NCBI RefSeq assembly: GCF_963921235.1
Contig: NC_086108.1
Coordinates: forward strand, 48,114,001 to 48,178,000
Length of the DNA stretch: 64,000 bases
From: Mobula hypostoma
Taxonomy: Eukaryota
Reading direction: 5' to 3'
Below the pieces are notes generated by a model. That model ran no database searches, was not told the DNA's origin, and was given only the letters and a program-made list of their open reading frames with translations. A program made the translations under genes and the position numbers. Below are positions 1 through 12,120 of this stretch, in pieces. How positions within the stretch are numbered: the stretch's first letter is position 1; each line of letters starts with the position of its first letter.

Positions 1-370
1 AGAAATATTGCCAGTAAAGGGTTGAGTTGGTTGGAAAACTTGGCTTGGGCACACTTGGAAAAGATGATGAGAATGAGGGGAGATTTAGTGAAAGAGTTTA
101 ACATTTGGGGTTTAGATTGGATAAGCAGGATCTTGGCTTTTATGGATTTTATGGTTTTAATGTAAGCGATAGGTGGTTAAGGTATGAATGAGAGTTTCTA
201 TGACCAGAGAGAGTGTGTGAAACTCACTGCCTGAAAGAAGGGAAAGGATAGGTGCTTCATAATAGTAAATGTATATTTGAAGTGTGGTAATTTTCAATGC
301 CAGAAACCTAGAGATGGGAAATGAAATGTACCAGAATAACTGTTCTGGAGAACTGTGCACATGATGGATG
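1..370 (+). mobile_element. Old, degenerate CR1 LINE 3' fragment
   Basis: Residual similarity to the CR1 3' ends elsewhere in the window (agaatgagggggagattta ... gtgtggaaactcactgcctgaaag). Confidence 0.55.
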
Positions 371-1404
371 AATAGTTTCCTTCCATGTAATAAATTTCAG
401 TTATCCTGTTGGTTGGAAATCTAAACTTAGAAACCACAAAGCTATCATTTGTGGGTCAGCAAACCTCTCAACAATTTTGCTGAATGGATATATTGTTCCT
501 GGAATCATTTGAGGTAATGATAAATGTCTGCTACATTGGTACTCAGTTTTAATTCATGTTAAGTTAATGATCATGTACTTCTTGGGAGGAATTAATAACA
601 TTCTGCAGTTCAAATGCAATATAAGCAATCTGATATGAAAACAGGATTAAAATAAGTGTACAAGTGCAAAACAGAGTGAACGCTGTAAACGAGTAATAAA
701 ATCTGAGTTTTGGAAATATTCAGCAAGTCACTCAATATTTAACTTCTCAGACTGATTTTTTTTTGAATTAGAAAATATCATTTAAAATTACTGTGTTGTC
801 CTCCAAATCTCCATACTTTTCAATACCTTGTGAAATATCAGTAAAGACACTTTGCCATGGTAACCTTATGGATAATGTAGATAAAGGAAAATCCTTCATT
901 TTCAATTTGCTATCTGAGAACTTTCAACTGCAAACGTCCAAATGTCCTGCTGAGTAACTGAAGGCTACCCCATTAAAATGTGTATGTTAGCACTCATTGT
1001 CTGAGGCCACATAACAATGCAAGGACCTGGAGTTTACTGAGATCTGGACCTTCCATATCATACACTCAGAGTTGTGTCACTGCTTTCTAGAAAGGGGTAC
1101 TAAAGGAAGAATGTTGTGAGTTGAAATTTTCTTTTCTCTTTCAGAGATTTTGTGACCATTGTAATTGTGGCAAATTTTCAGGCGTTGAAAGTATTTTGAA
1201 CATTTTAATGTCTCATTTCATTTTAATACCTGGTTCTACTTATGAAGGGATAAAATGGGAAACTGGAGGATGTTAAGTATAAAGAATCATCACTGACCTA
1301 TTCAGTTAGCTCTTTCAGTTGTCATACTAAATGGCCTGGAAGAAGTTTGGAATTAATGCAAAACAAGTCATGATTTAATTTAAGTTTACTATGCTTTGTT
1401 TTAG

Positions 1405-1527
1405 GTTGTATTTGTGCTCACTGGTGACTGTGATGATCGAAGCCATGTTGGTTATAAAGTCTATGAAGAGATTGCCTCCACGAGTTCTGGCCAGGTCTTC
1501 CATCTTGACAAGAAACAAGTGAACGAG
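1405..1527 (+). CDS. HMCN1: Hemicentin-1 internal coding exon (probably exon 4), VWA domain C-terminal part
   Basis: ttag|GTT...GAG|gtaaag; 123 bp, phase 0-0; translates [41 protein letters not shown], recognisable as HMCN1. Not in the ORF track. Confidence 0.95.
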
Positions 1528-1843
1528 GTAAAGTTAGAAATAAGCATGCTGTAGGCTGGCATGTTCACTTTGGTCAATAAAGGACCTTTTCTGAAATGGT
1601 GTTCTCTCAGAATCAATTCATTCAACCTGTGTTTATTTTAAGTTCATGATGCATTCTCAGGGGTAATTAGCAATGTGCAATTAATACTGGTTTATGAGTG
1701 GTGCCCATTTTTCAGAAAATGAAAGATCAGAAGACCTATTTTTACCTGCTGCACTGTTTAAAATTGAGGTTAACTGGAACATCAATGCTAACTTTTTCCT
1801 GGTGTCTCAAGTCCTTCTTCACTTGTTTGGAACAACTTGGAAG

Positions 1844-3745
1844 GCACAGGATAGGTACATTCCAACGAAGAGGAAGTATTCTAAAGGCAGGATGATGCAA
1901 CTGTGGCTGACAAGGGAAGTCAAAGCTAACATAAAAGCAAAAGAGGGCATATAATAGAGCAAAAATTTGTGGGAAGTTAGAGGATTAGGAAATTTTTAAA
2001 AGCCAACAGAAGGCAACGAGAAAAAAAACATAAGGGAGGACATTGCATCTGTGTTCACTGTGGGAGCCACTAACAGTATGCCAGAAGTTACTAGGGAGAA
2101 GATGCTTGGAAGACTAAAAGATCTGAAGATAGATAAGTAATCTGGATGATGTACTATATCCCAAGGTTCTATAAGAGGCAGTGAAGAGATTGTGAAGGCA
2201 TTAGTAATGATCGTTCAGGAATCACTAGATCCTGGAGTAGTTCTGGAGGATTGGAAAATTGCAAATGTTGCTCTACTTTTCATGGGAGGGAGGCAAAAGA
2301 AAGGACACTATTGGCCATTTAGCCCGATCTCTGTGGTTGGGAAGATGTTGGAGTCAATTGTTAAAGATGTTGTTTCAGGGTACTTGGAGGCACATGACAA
2401 AATAGGCCAAAGTCAGCATGGTTTCCTCAAGAGAAAATCTTGCCTGACAAATATTTTGGAATTCTTTGAAGAAAGAGCAAGCATGATAGACAGAGGAGAA
2501 TCAATCAGTGGATGTTGTGTACTTTGATTTTCAGAAGGCCTTTGGCAAGGTGCCACACATGATGCTGCAAAACATAAGAGCCCAGGGTATTACAGGAAAG
2601 ATACTAGCATGAATAAAGCATTGGCAGATTGGCAGGAGGCAAAGAGTGGGAATAAAGGGATCATTTTTGGATTGGCTGCTGGTAACTACTAGTTTTCCAC
2701 AGGGGTCTGTGCTGGGACTGTTTTTTTGTGTGTTGTATGTCAATGATAGGATGATAGATTTGAGCCAAGGTTGTAGACGTAGTTGAGTGGAGGGGCAGGT
2801 AGGTTTTAGGAAACAGAAAGGCTGCAGAAGGATTTGGACAGATTAGGTGAATGGGTAAAGAGAAAGCAGATGGAATATAGTGCCAGGAAGTGTATGGTCA
2901 TGCACTTTGTTAGAAGGAATAAAAGTATACTGTTTTCTAAATGGGGAGGGAATTCAAAAAATCTGAGGTGCAGGATTACCTAAAGGTTAATTTGTAGATT
3001 GAATTGGTGGTGAAAAAGGCAAATGCAATGTTAGCGTTCATTTCAAGAGGACTAGAATACAAAAGCATGGATGCAATGCTGAGGCTGTATAAGGCACTGG
3101 TGAGGCCTCACTTGGAGCATTGTGAGCAGTTTTGGGGCCCCTTATCTAAGACAGGATACAGGATGTGCTGACATTGGAGAGGATTCAGAGGAGGTTCGCG
3201 AGAATGATTCTGGGAATGCAGTGGTTATCGTGTGAGCAGCAATTGAAGGCACTGGGCCTGTACTTGCTGGAATTTAGAAGAATGAATGGGGATCTCATTG
3301 AAACCTACCAAATGTTGAAAGGCCTAGATTCCCAACTTTTTTTTATGCCGTGGACCAATACCATAATGCAAGGGCATGGACCCCAAGTTGGGATCCCCTG
3401 TCCCTGATAGAGTGGATGTGAAGAATGTATTTCCTTTTGGGGGAGTCTAGGACCAGAGGGCACAGCCTGAAGATGGAGGGATGTCTAAGAGCAAAGATGA
3501 GGAGGAATTTCTTTAGCCAGACAGTGGTCAATCTGTGGAATTCATTGCCACAGGTGGCTGTGGAGGCCAGGTCACTGAGTGCACTTAAGGTGGTTGATAG
3601 GTTCTTGACTAGTCAGGGAGCGAGAGGTTTGGGGAGAAAGCAGGAGAATGAAGTTGAGTGGGAAGTGGATTAGCCATAATGAAACGGTGGTGTAGACGCA
3701 ATGGGCTGAATGGTCTGGTTCTTCTGCTATGTCTTATTGTCTTAG
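1844..3745 (+). mobile_element. CR1 LINE, 5'-truncated and internally deleted, disrupted ORF2 plus 3' UTR
   Basis: RT peptides EDWKIANV, SQHGFLKRKSCLTNILEFFEE, LERIQRRFARMI, RRNFFSQTVVNLWNSLP; frameshifts; 3' tail gtcttattgtctta. Confidence 0.9.
3329..3400. mobile_element. ~80-bp hAT/Charlie-like MITE inserted in the CR1 (left TIR clipped)
   Basis: ttcccaac...gttgggatcccctg inverted ends; interrupts the CR1 at ggcctagat|agagtggatgtg; homologous to 63764-63843. Confidence 0.65.
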
Positions 3746-4714
3746 TTTTTCTTCTACAGCATGCAGACTTGGATTCTTTTGTAACTTGCTTTGCCTTCGC
3801 TTCAGATCTTATCAGAACAGGTAGCTTTTGGAGCCAGTCACCATTATAAAGTCAGCTTGAAAGTAGTGAAATCTTTACGTTACACAATGTTAGTTATAGG
3901 CATCCAGCCCCCAAATTTTGTTCTGCTCAATGTGATAGTTAATGAGGATAAACCCATCATTCTACAGATCTACCCGTGTACGGTATGTCGTGTTGGATTA
4001 GGATGTAGAGTTGTTATTTCTCTTATTTAACATTCCTATGCTTGCTTGTATATTTATATAATAACCTATATATAATCTAATTGTTCATTAAATTTTCCAG
4101 TAATTGAGCTATGGTTATTTCTATATTTTCCTAGAAGCTTCTTCATTTTCTTGTGTCACATCACTTGAATCTGGTTATTTTATAGGTTAATTGTTTATCA
4201 CTGGAATTTTGTTTATTTAGTCTGAGTATAAACTGATCATGACTTGTTTTTCTTTGTTTTTATTTATTTATTCTTTGTTCTTGTAACACTTGATAAAATG
4301 GCCATAAGCTACAAGTTTTATGGCCATTCTTGACTTCTGAAGAACCCTGGATTGCAAAAGTCCTAGGTACCAGCAGTAGGGAACCAAGATTCATGAACAA
4401 ATTTTCTTTGAGTCAACCATTTTAGGTCCTTATATTACTGCTTATTCTTGAACCTCTGATAGTTGTCTCCCTTCACTGCTACTTAACTAAATAACAATGA
4501 TCAGATGTGTCATACAATGAGCAATACTATGGGAGAGCAGGTAGTTTGTTCATAAAAGTAATGTATTATTCTAAAGTGCGCTATCATTAGTTTCCAAAGC
4601 ATCAAGCATACAAGTATGTTTTGTATTTTTATATGAATTAATCTGTTCATTAGTGTATGTATAAAGGAAGCAGTGTCTCTACCAATCTGAAAAAACAATT
4701 TTTTACCATAAATT

Positions 4715-5190
4715 TGTCATTTTATTTTCAAGCTGCCAGTGATGGTATTAATCCATGACTAACCTTCCTATCAAGGCACTTGATGAAATGCTTTCTGAAA
4801 ATCCATAAAAGCAATGTCCATTACAATTCCTTTATCTTCATTACTAAAAAGAAAATTAATGAAGTTTGTTACACATGAAATACCCTTAACAAATCATCCC
4901 TGGCTCTTTAGTAATTTGAACTCTTCCATTTTCCTTTATTTATGTCTGATTTTTTTTCTCTCTCTAACAGCTTCTCACTGCCGAAGTTAAACCTACCAAT
5001 CTATAGATGTTGTAAATCAAGATATTATTTTGGCCACTTTCCAGTTCTCTTCCAGCACTTCCCAAATATCTTGGGAACAGCTTGACGATTATGGCAATCT
5101 ATTCTGCAATCTCTTCCACTTCTCTCAGCCACCATGGACATGTATTTTCTGAATGAGATGACTTGTTTACTTTAAGCACAGATGACCCTT
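4715..5190 (-). mobile_element. Degenerate CR1 RT fragment
   Basis: Reverse complement resembles the VYMDFQKAF and HGF..G..CLTN regions of CR1 RT. Confidence 0.5.
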
Positions 5191-6279
5191 CCAGTGTCAC
5201 CCGCCTCGCTATTTTCTCCCATCCATTACCTATATTATGCCTATACTTGATTTTTAGCAGTGTCCTCCCCGTTCTGAAAATCTATGGGTTAAAGGGGCAA
5301 AGTTTGCCCATCCTGTTCCTGTTGCTGGGCAGCAGATGCTATTTGCCTGCTAACCGCCTCGTGTCAGAAGTTAAATAATGGAATTTCTAACTAACGGGAG
5401 TGCAGTTTATATGTTGGGTAATGAAGATTTCAGAGCTAGCCCCCTTCCCCCCTTCTCCATTCAAAGAACATTGCTATTTGTTGGACTCATGGTACCTATG
5501 ATCCATGGCTCTCTTTGTATGTACAAAAGAATCCTGCTGTTGCATTTTCTTTCCCCTTTCACTTATTGCATTTCATCGTCAGTACACATTAACAATCCAT
5601 CACTCTGGGGAATGCTTTGAATTATTGTCCAGATGTTTCTAATAAGCTCCATTGCATGTACATTGAGTACTTATTATCACATGAAGAATCCTTCACAGAA
5701 CCTGAAATGGTAATGGAAAAATTGCAAGAAAGAATCTTCGGGAACAGATGTTGATACAATCTTCAATCGAAGAAAGTCTTGAACAAATCCAAAGAAAGCA
5801 TTGCTCTCAATATTTGTGGTTTACTTTTAGGGACAAAGAATGTCATTTTGGTTAGTGTGGTAAAAATATTAAGCTGAGGTACGGAACTTACTTTATTAAA
5901 ATGCCCTGTAATGCAAGCATACTTTTTATCATGTTAAAAAACTTAATACTCTGTTGATTAATGCCATATTCTTTCTTCTGGCAAAATAAATGCAAATAGA
6001 AAAATAAATACAATCATAACAGGGAATTAATTAATATTTGATAATGAGCGAATGTTCAGGTATTTAATTGGCAACAGTGGGAAACAAACCTGTGTTGATT
6101 TAACAGTTAAGCAGTTCATAAACCAAGACAGCTAAGACTGAATGTTTTAAGAATGTTGTATCTACCTTGTGATTGAACTGAAATTAGTTGTATCCTTGTT
6201 CAAAATTATTATCACCCCTCTTGCCTGAATGACTTTTGGGGAGAGAGGAGTGGTAAAAAGAATATTATATCTTGGAGGG

Positions 6280-6902
6280 AGGAGAAGATGGTGGCGCGAC
6301 GCAGTGCCCACGGCCGTTCCGAATGATATCGATATGTGTTAACTATGGGGCCATGCACAATCCTGATTTGATGGAGACAGCCGAGAGAAGCACGGAGGAA
6401 CACCCGGAGAAACTTCTGAAATGCCCGCTTCGCTGCCGCTGCTACTGTGCGATCGACAATCTCTGAAGGGGAAGGCCCGAAATCCTCAGCTTTGCCTATT
6501 GCCTGTTGCTGGGGCCGGGGTCGAAGTGCTCGGCAGAGATGGTGCTTGGTGCTCAGTGTCGGAGAGCTGGTTGGAGGCTCGGAGTTTTTGGATTGACTTG
6601 GAGTAGGACTGTGGTCGGATGCTTCCAGTATGTTGCATCGGCAAGTTTGCAGCGCTGGAGGTTCACTGTCTGCGTGAGATGATGGGACTTTTACTGTACC
6701 CATGGTCTGTTCTTATCAAATTACGGTATTGCTTTGCACTGTTGTAACTATATGTTGTAATTATGTGGTTTTTGTCAGTTTTTAGGTCGGTTTGTTATGT
6801 GTTTCTGTGATATCATTCTGGAAAAACATTGTATCATTTCTTAATGCATGCATTACTAAATGACAATAAAAGAGGACTGCGTGTCCTCATAATCTAATCT
6901 AA
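6280..6902 (+). mobile_element. Non-autonomous LINE-derived (Rex1/L2-tailed) element
   Basis: CpG-rich head starting GAGAAGATGGTGGCGCG; 3' end aaatgacaataaaagagg followed by (taatc)n tail; no coherent ORF. Confidence 0.55.
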
Positions 6903-8427
6903 AGTCTGCTGAGGGTGATGGTGTGTTTTAAAAATCTAACACTAACCCACTAAACTCCACATTTATCTTGAGTGAAACAAGTTCACCTACCTAACTTACG
7001 CAAGAGGCATGTTGGCAAGTTCAACATGTCACTGAGTTTAATGTGAAGTGCTCAGGTTTTCTGAGTTCATGAAAATTCTGCAATAAATTGGCCTAACCCA
7101 GCAAGAAATGCTGCAGGCTCTCAATAACTTCTGAAAGGCTTTTTATTTGCAGAAGCTCTATTTTGCATACTGGAAACATTGGAGAATGTTTGATTGCAAT
7201 TTGGTTAACGTTGTGGATGTTGACATTCACTCCTGAACATCAGAACTGTCCATTTTCTAACTGGGCTTTCCAGCTCCCAATGGCACTGAGGTGATGTTCA
7301 TGCTGCCAGATTGTGGTGTACAGGTGTCCCCGGCTTTTTGAACGTTCGCTTTACGAAACCTCACTGTTACCAAAGACCTACATTAGTTACCTGTTTTTGC
7401 TAACAGAAGGTGCTTTCACTGTTACAAAAAAAAAGGCAGCGCGCTAAAAAAGGCAGAGCGTGCCCAGAGCAGCCACTCTCCCCAGATTCGGAACTGCATT
7501 CTCACCGGCATTGCTTAAACACGTGCCTGTGAGCAGCCATTAGCAAGATGAGCTCTAAGGTATCGGAAAAGCCTAAAAGAGCTCGTAAGGGTGTTACACT
7601 TAGCGTAAAACTAGACATAATTAAGCGTTTCGATCGCGGTGAACGAAGTAAGGACAAAGTGAGTTTGGCTTGTGGAAGTTGGCGAAGATGATGCTGAAGA
7701 GGTTTTGGCATCCCATGACCAAGAACTGATAGATGAAGAGCTGATGCAATTGGAAGAGGAGAGGATAACAATCAAAACTGAATGCAGTAGCGAACAAAGC
7801 AAACATGAAGCAACTACGTGAGATTTTTGCTGCAATGATTACAGAAAAAACTACAACTTTAATTTTGAAAGGGTATGTAGGTTTAGGGGCATATTTGCAA
7901 GATGGTTTGAGTGCTTACAAAGAACTGTTTGATAGAAAAATGCACAGGGCTAGGGGGTCAAGCATACTGTCGTTTTTCAAGCCTTCCACATCAGCCACAG
8001 CAGACGATGAACCTCAATCTTCAACATCGAGGCAGGCAGACATAGAAGAAGATGACCTGCCTGCCCTGATGGAAACAGACGACGATGAGATGACACCCCA
8101 GTGTCCCACCACCCCAACCCCCGATGCCGCGGACTGATACATTGCCGCAGAGAATGCAGCGGTAGCCGGGACGCACCCAGCACATCTTTAAGAAAAAAGC
8201 CGAAATAAACAAGCTAATTAATTAGGTGCCGCCCGGCACGTAAATGTCAGCCCAGATCAGAGGCGATTGTTGATGTCTCCTCTGATCTGGGTCAACATTG
8301 ACATGCTAGGTGGCACCTAATTAATTACAAAAACAACAGGAATTCTGCAGATGCTGGAAATTCAAGCAACACACATCAAAGTTGCTGGTGAATGCAGCAG
8401 GCCAAGCAGCATCTGTAGGAAGAGGTG

Positions 8428-8465
8428 CAGTCGACGTTTCGGGCCGAGACCCTTTGTCAGGACTA
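8428..8465 (-). ncRNA. Minimal hammerhead ribozyme motif in pLTR, core mutated (CUGACAA)
   Basis: Minus strand reads tagtc CTGACAA agggtctcggccc GAAAC GTC gactg; the G of CUGANGA is lost through a CpG-type change at 8455. Confidence 0.6.
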
Positions 8466-10090
8466 ACTGAAGGAAGAGTGAGTAAGGGATTTGAAAGTTG
8501 GAGGGGGAGGGGCAGATCCAAAATGATAGGAGAAGACAGGAGGGGGAGGGATAGAGCCAAGAGCTGGACAGGTGATAGGCAAAAGGGGATACGAGAGGAT
8601 CATGGGACAGGAGGTCCGGGAAGAAAGACGGGGGGGGGACCCAGAGGATGGGCAAGAGGTATATTCAGAGGGACAGAGGGAGAAAAAGGAGAGTGAGAGA
8701 AAGAATGTGTGCATAAAAATGAGTAACAGATGGGGTACGAGGGGGAGGTGGGGCCTTAGCGGAAGTTAGAGAAGTCGATGTTCATGCCATCAGGTTGGAG
8801 GCTACCCAGACAGAATATAAGGTGTTGTTCCTCCAACCTGAGTGTGGCTTCATCTTTACAGTAGAGGAGGCCATGGATAGACATGTCAGAATGGGAATGG
8901 GATGTGGAATTAAAATGTGTGGCCACTGGGAGATCCTGCTTTCTCTGGCGGACAGAGCGTAGATGTTCAGCAAAGCGGTCTCCCAGTCTGCGTCGGGTCT
9001 CGCCAATATATAAAAGGCCACATCGGGAGCACCGGACGCAGTATATCACCCCAGTCAACTCACAGGTGAAGTGTTGCCTCACCTGGAAGGACTGTTTGGG
9101 GCCCTGAATGGTGGTAAGGGAGGAAGTGTAAGGGCATGTGTAGCACTTGTTCCACTTACTCGGATAAGCGCCAGGAGGGAGATCAGTGGGGAGGGATGGA
9201 GGGGACGAATGGACAAGGGAGTTGTGTAGGGAGCAATCCCTGCGGAATGCAGAGAGAGGCGGGGAGGGAAAGATGTGCTTAGTGGTGGGATCCCGTTGGA
9301 GGTGGCGGAAGTTACGGAGAATAATATGTTGGACCCGGAGGCTGGTGGGGTGGTAGGTGAGGACCAGGGGAACCCTATTCCTAGTGGGGTGGCGGAAGGA
9401 TGGAGTGAGAGCAGATGTACGTGAAATGGGGGAGATGCGTTTAAGAGCAGAGTTGATAGTGGAGGAAGGGAAGCCCCTTTCTTTAAAAAAGGAAGACATC
9501 TCCCTCGTCCTAGAATGAAAAGCCTCATCCTGAGAGCAGATGTGGCGGAGACGGAGGAATTGACTGGGAGACTGCTTTGCTGAACATCTACGCTCTGTCC
9601 GCCAGAGAAAGCAGGATCTCCCAGTGGCCACACATTTTAATTCCACATCCCATTCCCATTCTGACATGTCTATCCACGGCCTCCTCTACTGTAAAGGTGA
9701 AGTCACACTCAGGTTGGAGGAACAACACCTTATATTCCGTCTGGGTAGCCTCCAACCTGATGGCATGAACATCGACTTCTCTAACTTCCGCTAAGGCCCC
9801 ACCTCCTCCTCGTACCCCATCTGTTACTTATTTTTATGAACACATTCTTTCTCTCACTCTCCTTTTTCTCCCTCTGTCCCTCTGAATATACCTCTTGCCC
9901 ATCCTCTGGGTCCCCCCCCCCCCACCGTCTTTCTTCCCGGACCTCCTGTCCCATGATCCTCTCGTATCCCCTTTTGCCTATCACCTGTCCAGCTCTCGGC
10001 TCTATCCCTCCCCCTCCTGTCTTCTCCTATCATTTTGCATCTCCCCCTCCCCCTCCAGCTTTCAAATCCCTTACTCACTCTTCCTTCAGT

Positions 10091-10128
10091 TAGTCCTGAC
10101 GAAGGGTCTCGGCCTGAAACGTCGACTG
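10091..10128 (+). ncRNA. Minimal type I hammerhead ribozyme motif in pLTR, intact core
   Basis: tagtc CTGACGA agggtctcggcct GAAAC GTC gactg: stem I agtc/gact, CUGANGA, short stem II, GAAA, GUC cleavage triplet, palindromic ACGT in place of stem III. Confidence 0.72.
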
Positions 10129-11249
10129 CACCTCTTCCTACAGATGCTGCTTGGCCTGCTGCGTTCACCAGCAACTTTGATGTGTGTTACCTAATTAATT
10201 AGCTTGTTTATTTCAGCTCTTTTCTTAAAGATGTGCTGGGTGCGTCCCGGCTACTGCTGTACCACTGCATTTTTTGCGGATCGGTATCGGTTCGCTGCCT
10301 GGAGATTGGGGACCACTGCACCACCCCACCCTCCGACGACTTAGCCTAACACACCATCATCAGTGTACTTGATGTCTTCCCGACTCCCGTAAGTGATACT
10401 ACACTGTACATACATTATTTCTATTTTATATAGGCTGTGTATTTTTATGTGTTATTTGGTATGATTTGGCAGCTTCATAGCTTAAAGGTTACTGGAGAGA
10501 GTATTTCTGCCGAGAGCACTTGCGTGAGATTTTTGCTACGGAGAACCGTGCGGCAATGATTGTAGGAAAGTATTTCTACTTTATACAGGCTGTGTATTTA
10601 TCATATCATTCCTGCTCTTACTATATGTTACTGTTATTTTAGGTTTTATGTGTTATTTGGCATGATTTGGTAGGTTATTTTTTGGGTCTGCGAACGCTCA
10701 CAAATTTTTCCTATATAAACAAATGGTAATTGCTTCTTCACTTTACAACATTCCAGTTTACGAACCATTTCATAGGAACGCTCTACCTTCGGAAGGTGAG
10801 GGAAACCTGTACAGCTGTAAGAGATTTGGGTTGTTTATAATCTGGGTGCATTGGTTCTGTGAAAAAGTCCAGCTTCTAAACAGCTGCGTCGTTGTCTTGG
10901 CTGTGTAGGTGGAGTGTGGGTTTCCTCCATTGAACAGCACTATCTGAGGAGGCTCACCATTTCCCGTCAGTGCTTGATACTTACACAGATTGGACCAAAA
11001 CCTGTGGCCTCTGTGCCCCGTGAGCATGCTCCACTTGTGTCTTCACTCACCTCCACTTCATTGCCGTGTAATCCTTCCAGGGGTTTCAGGTTCTCACAGT
11101 AGTCACAACAAGGCATCAGACAGGTGAATGATGCTTAGTTTACCTGAGAGCAGGTGTCTCATTTGCCACCGATGAGGCCTTTTGGAATAAGCAAGATAAT
11201 AACGAGGCAGGTTCCATAGTTAGCTTGAAGAACTCTCAATGATGTGCAG

Positions 11250-12120
11250 CATATTCCTCAGCAAATGGGGGGGCCTGTTTCAGTTTGGCAGCCTATAAGC
11301 AGTGGGCTACCACAGAGATTATTGGTGGAGTCATAAGTTTGTTTTTAATAGATTACAGGAATGACTTGTAGCAGGGAAACAAAAGTTTTGTAACCACATT
11401 TGCAAATGTTGCTAAAGTAGTGCAGAAAGCACGTTGTGAAGAGTACGTAAAGAATTTACAGAGATTGATATATTAAACACGGCAAAAAAATCGCAGATGG
11501 AATATAAAATAGGAAAAATAAAGACCACTTTGAATGGAAGAGTAATAAAATAGTTTATTTAAATTGAAACCTATTTCTTGTGAAGTTAATGTCTGCCACA
11601 GTCTGTACCTTTGTACAGATATATTGACACTCAAGAGTTAAACACCAGGTTTGGAGTTGGAGTAACACAGGAAAACATGAATCACAGGAAGGTAGCAAAC
11701 TGGTAGAACTGGTAATCAGGAAAACTAATAAATGCTCACTGTTATTACAAGCATATTGAAATAACAGAGTTGGGAAGTCCTAATACAATTGTGCAAGCCA
11801 TTACTGAGGCCTCATGAAGAGTACTGTGTACTTCTTTTGTAAGTAGTTGAAGGATGGATATTACTGGTCCTGAAAAGATTTACTTGGATGGTCTTGGGTA
11901 CTGAAGGATTGCCTTATGAACAAAGTCTGAACAGAGGTGAATGAGAGGTGACGTATGATTCCCATCTGATGAGATAAATGCTAGGAAGATGTTTTCCCCA
12001 TGAAGTGGTTTTGGACCAGAACGCATAACCTCAATAAAATGTGACCATTCAGGTGTGCAACAAGGAAGAAATTCAGTTCTTAAGAGGTTATGAGCATATG
12101 GAGTTGTTGGCATTCAAGTA
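11250..12120 (+). mobile_element. Old degenerate CR1 LINE ORF2 3' region
   Basis: Residual motifs (agtgggctaccacagagattattggtg, tttgcaaatgttgctaaagtag, gaggcctcatgaagagtactgtgtac) in CR1 order. Confidence 0.6.

Larger units (their letters stand above)
8328..10188 (-). mobile_element. Penelope-like retroelement (Neptune-type), 5'-truncated, with an inverted pLTR copy
   Basis: Minus-strand frame ~9560-8756 encodes RT C-terminus (SQFLRLRHICSQDEAF), Cys linker (NKCYTCPY) and GIY-YIG nuclease (VIYCVRCSRCGLLYIGETRRRLGDRFAEH). Inverted arms 8368-8988 and 9562-10188. TSD ACCTAATTAATTA at 8315-8327 and 10189-10201. Confidence 0.92.
7321..10809 (+). mobile_element. Tigger/pogo-type DNA transposon, internally deleted, interrupted by a Penelope-like element
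   Basis: TA|CAGGTGTCCCC ... GGGAAACCTG|TA imperfect TIRs with TA TSD. ATG at 7548 gives CENP-B-type HTH start MSSKVSEKPKRARKGVTLSVKLDIIKRFDRGERSKD, fused directly to an acidic C-terminal remnant (EEVLASHDQELIDEELMQLEEE). DDE core absent. Confidence 0.85.

Noticed and set aside
6212..6703. 163-aa ORF or CpG-island promoter
   Set aside because: Lies within a repeat-like element with a LINE-type tail; no recognisable domain; CpG richness is explained by a young insertion.
8756..9667. 303-aa ORF as an intact novel gene
   Set aside because: It crosses the inversion junction at ~9561. The first ~35 aa are antisense Penelope sequence, and the rest is a truncated PLE RT-end/GIY-YIG fragment.
8321..10194. 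Mirror-image ORF pairs (e.g. 8382-8696 and 9854-10174) as duplicated genes
   Set aside because: They are by-products of the inverted pLTR arms; low-complexity purine/pyrimidine-skewed sequence with no protein motifs.
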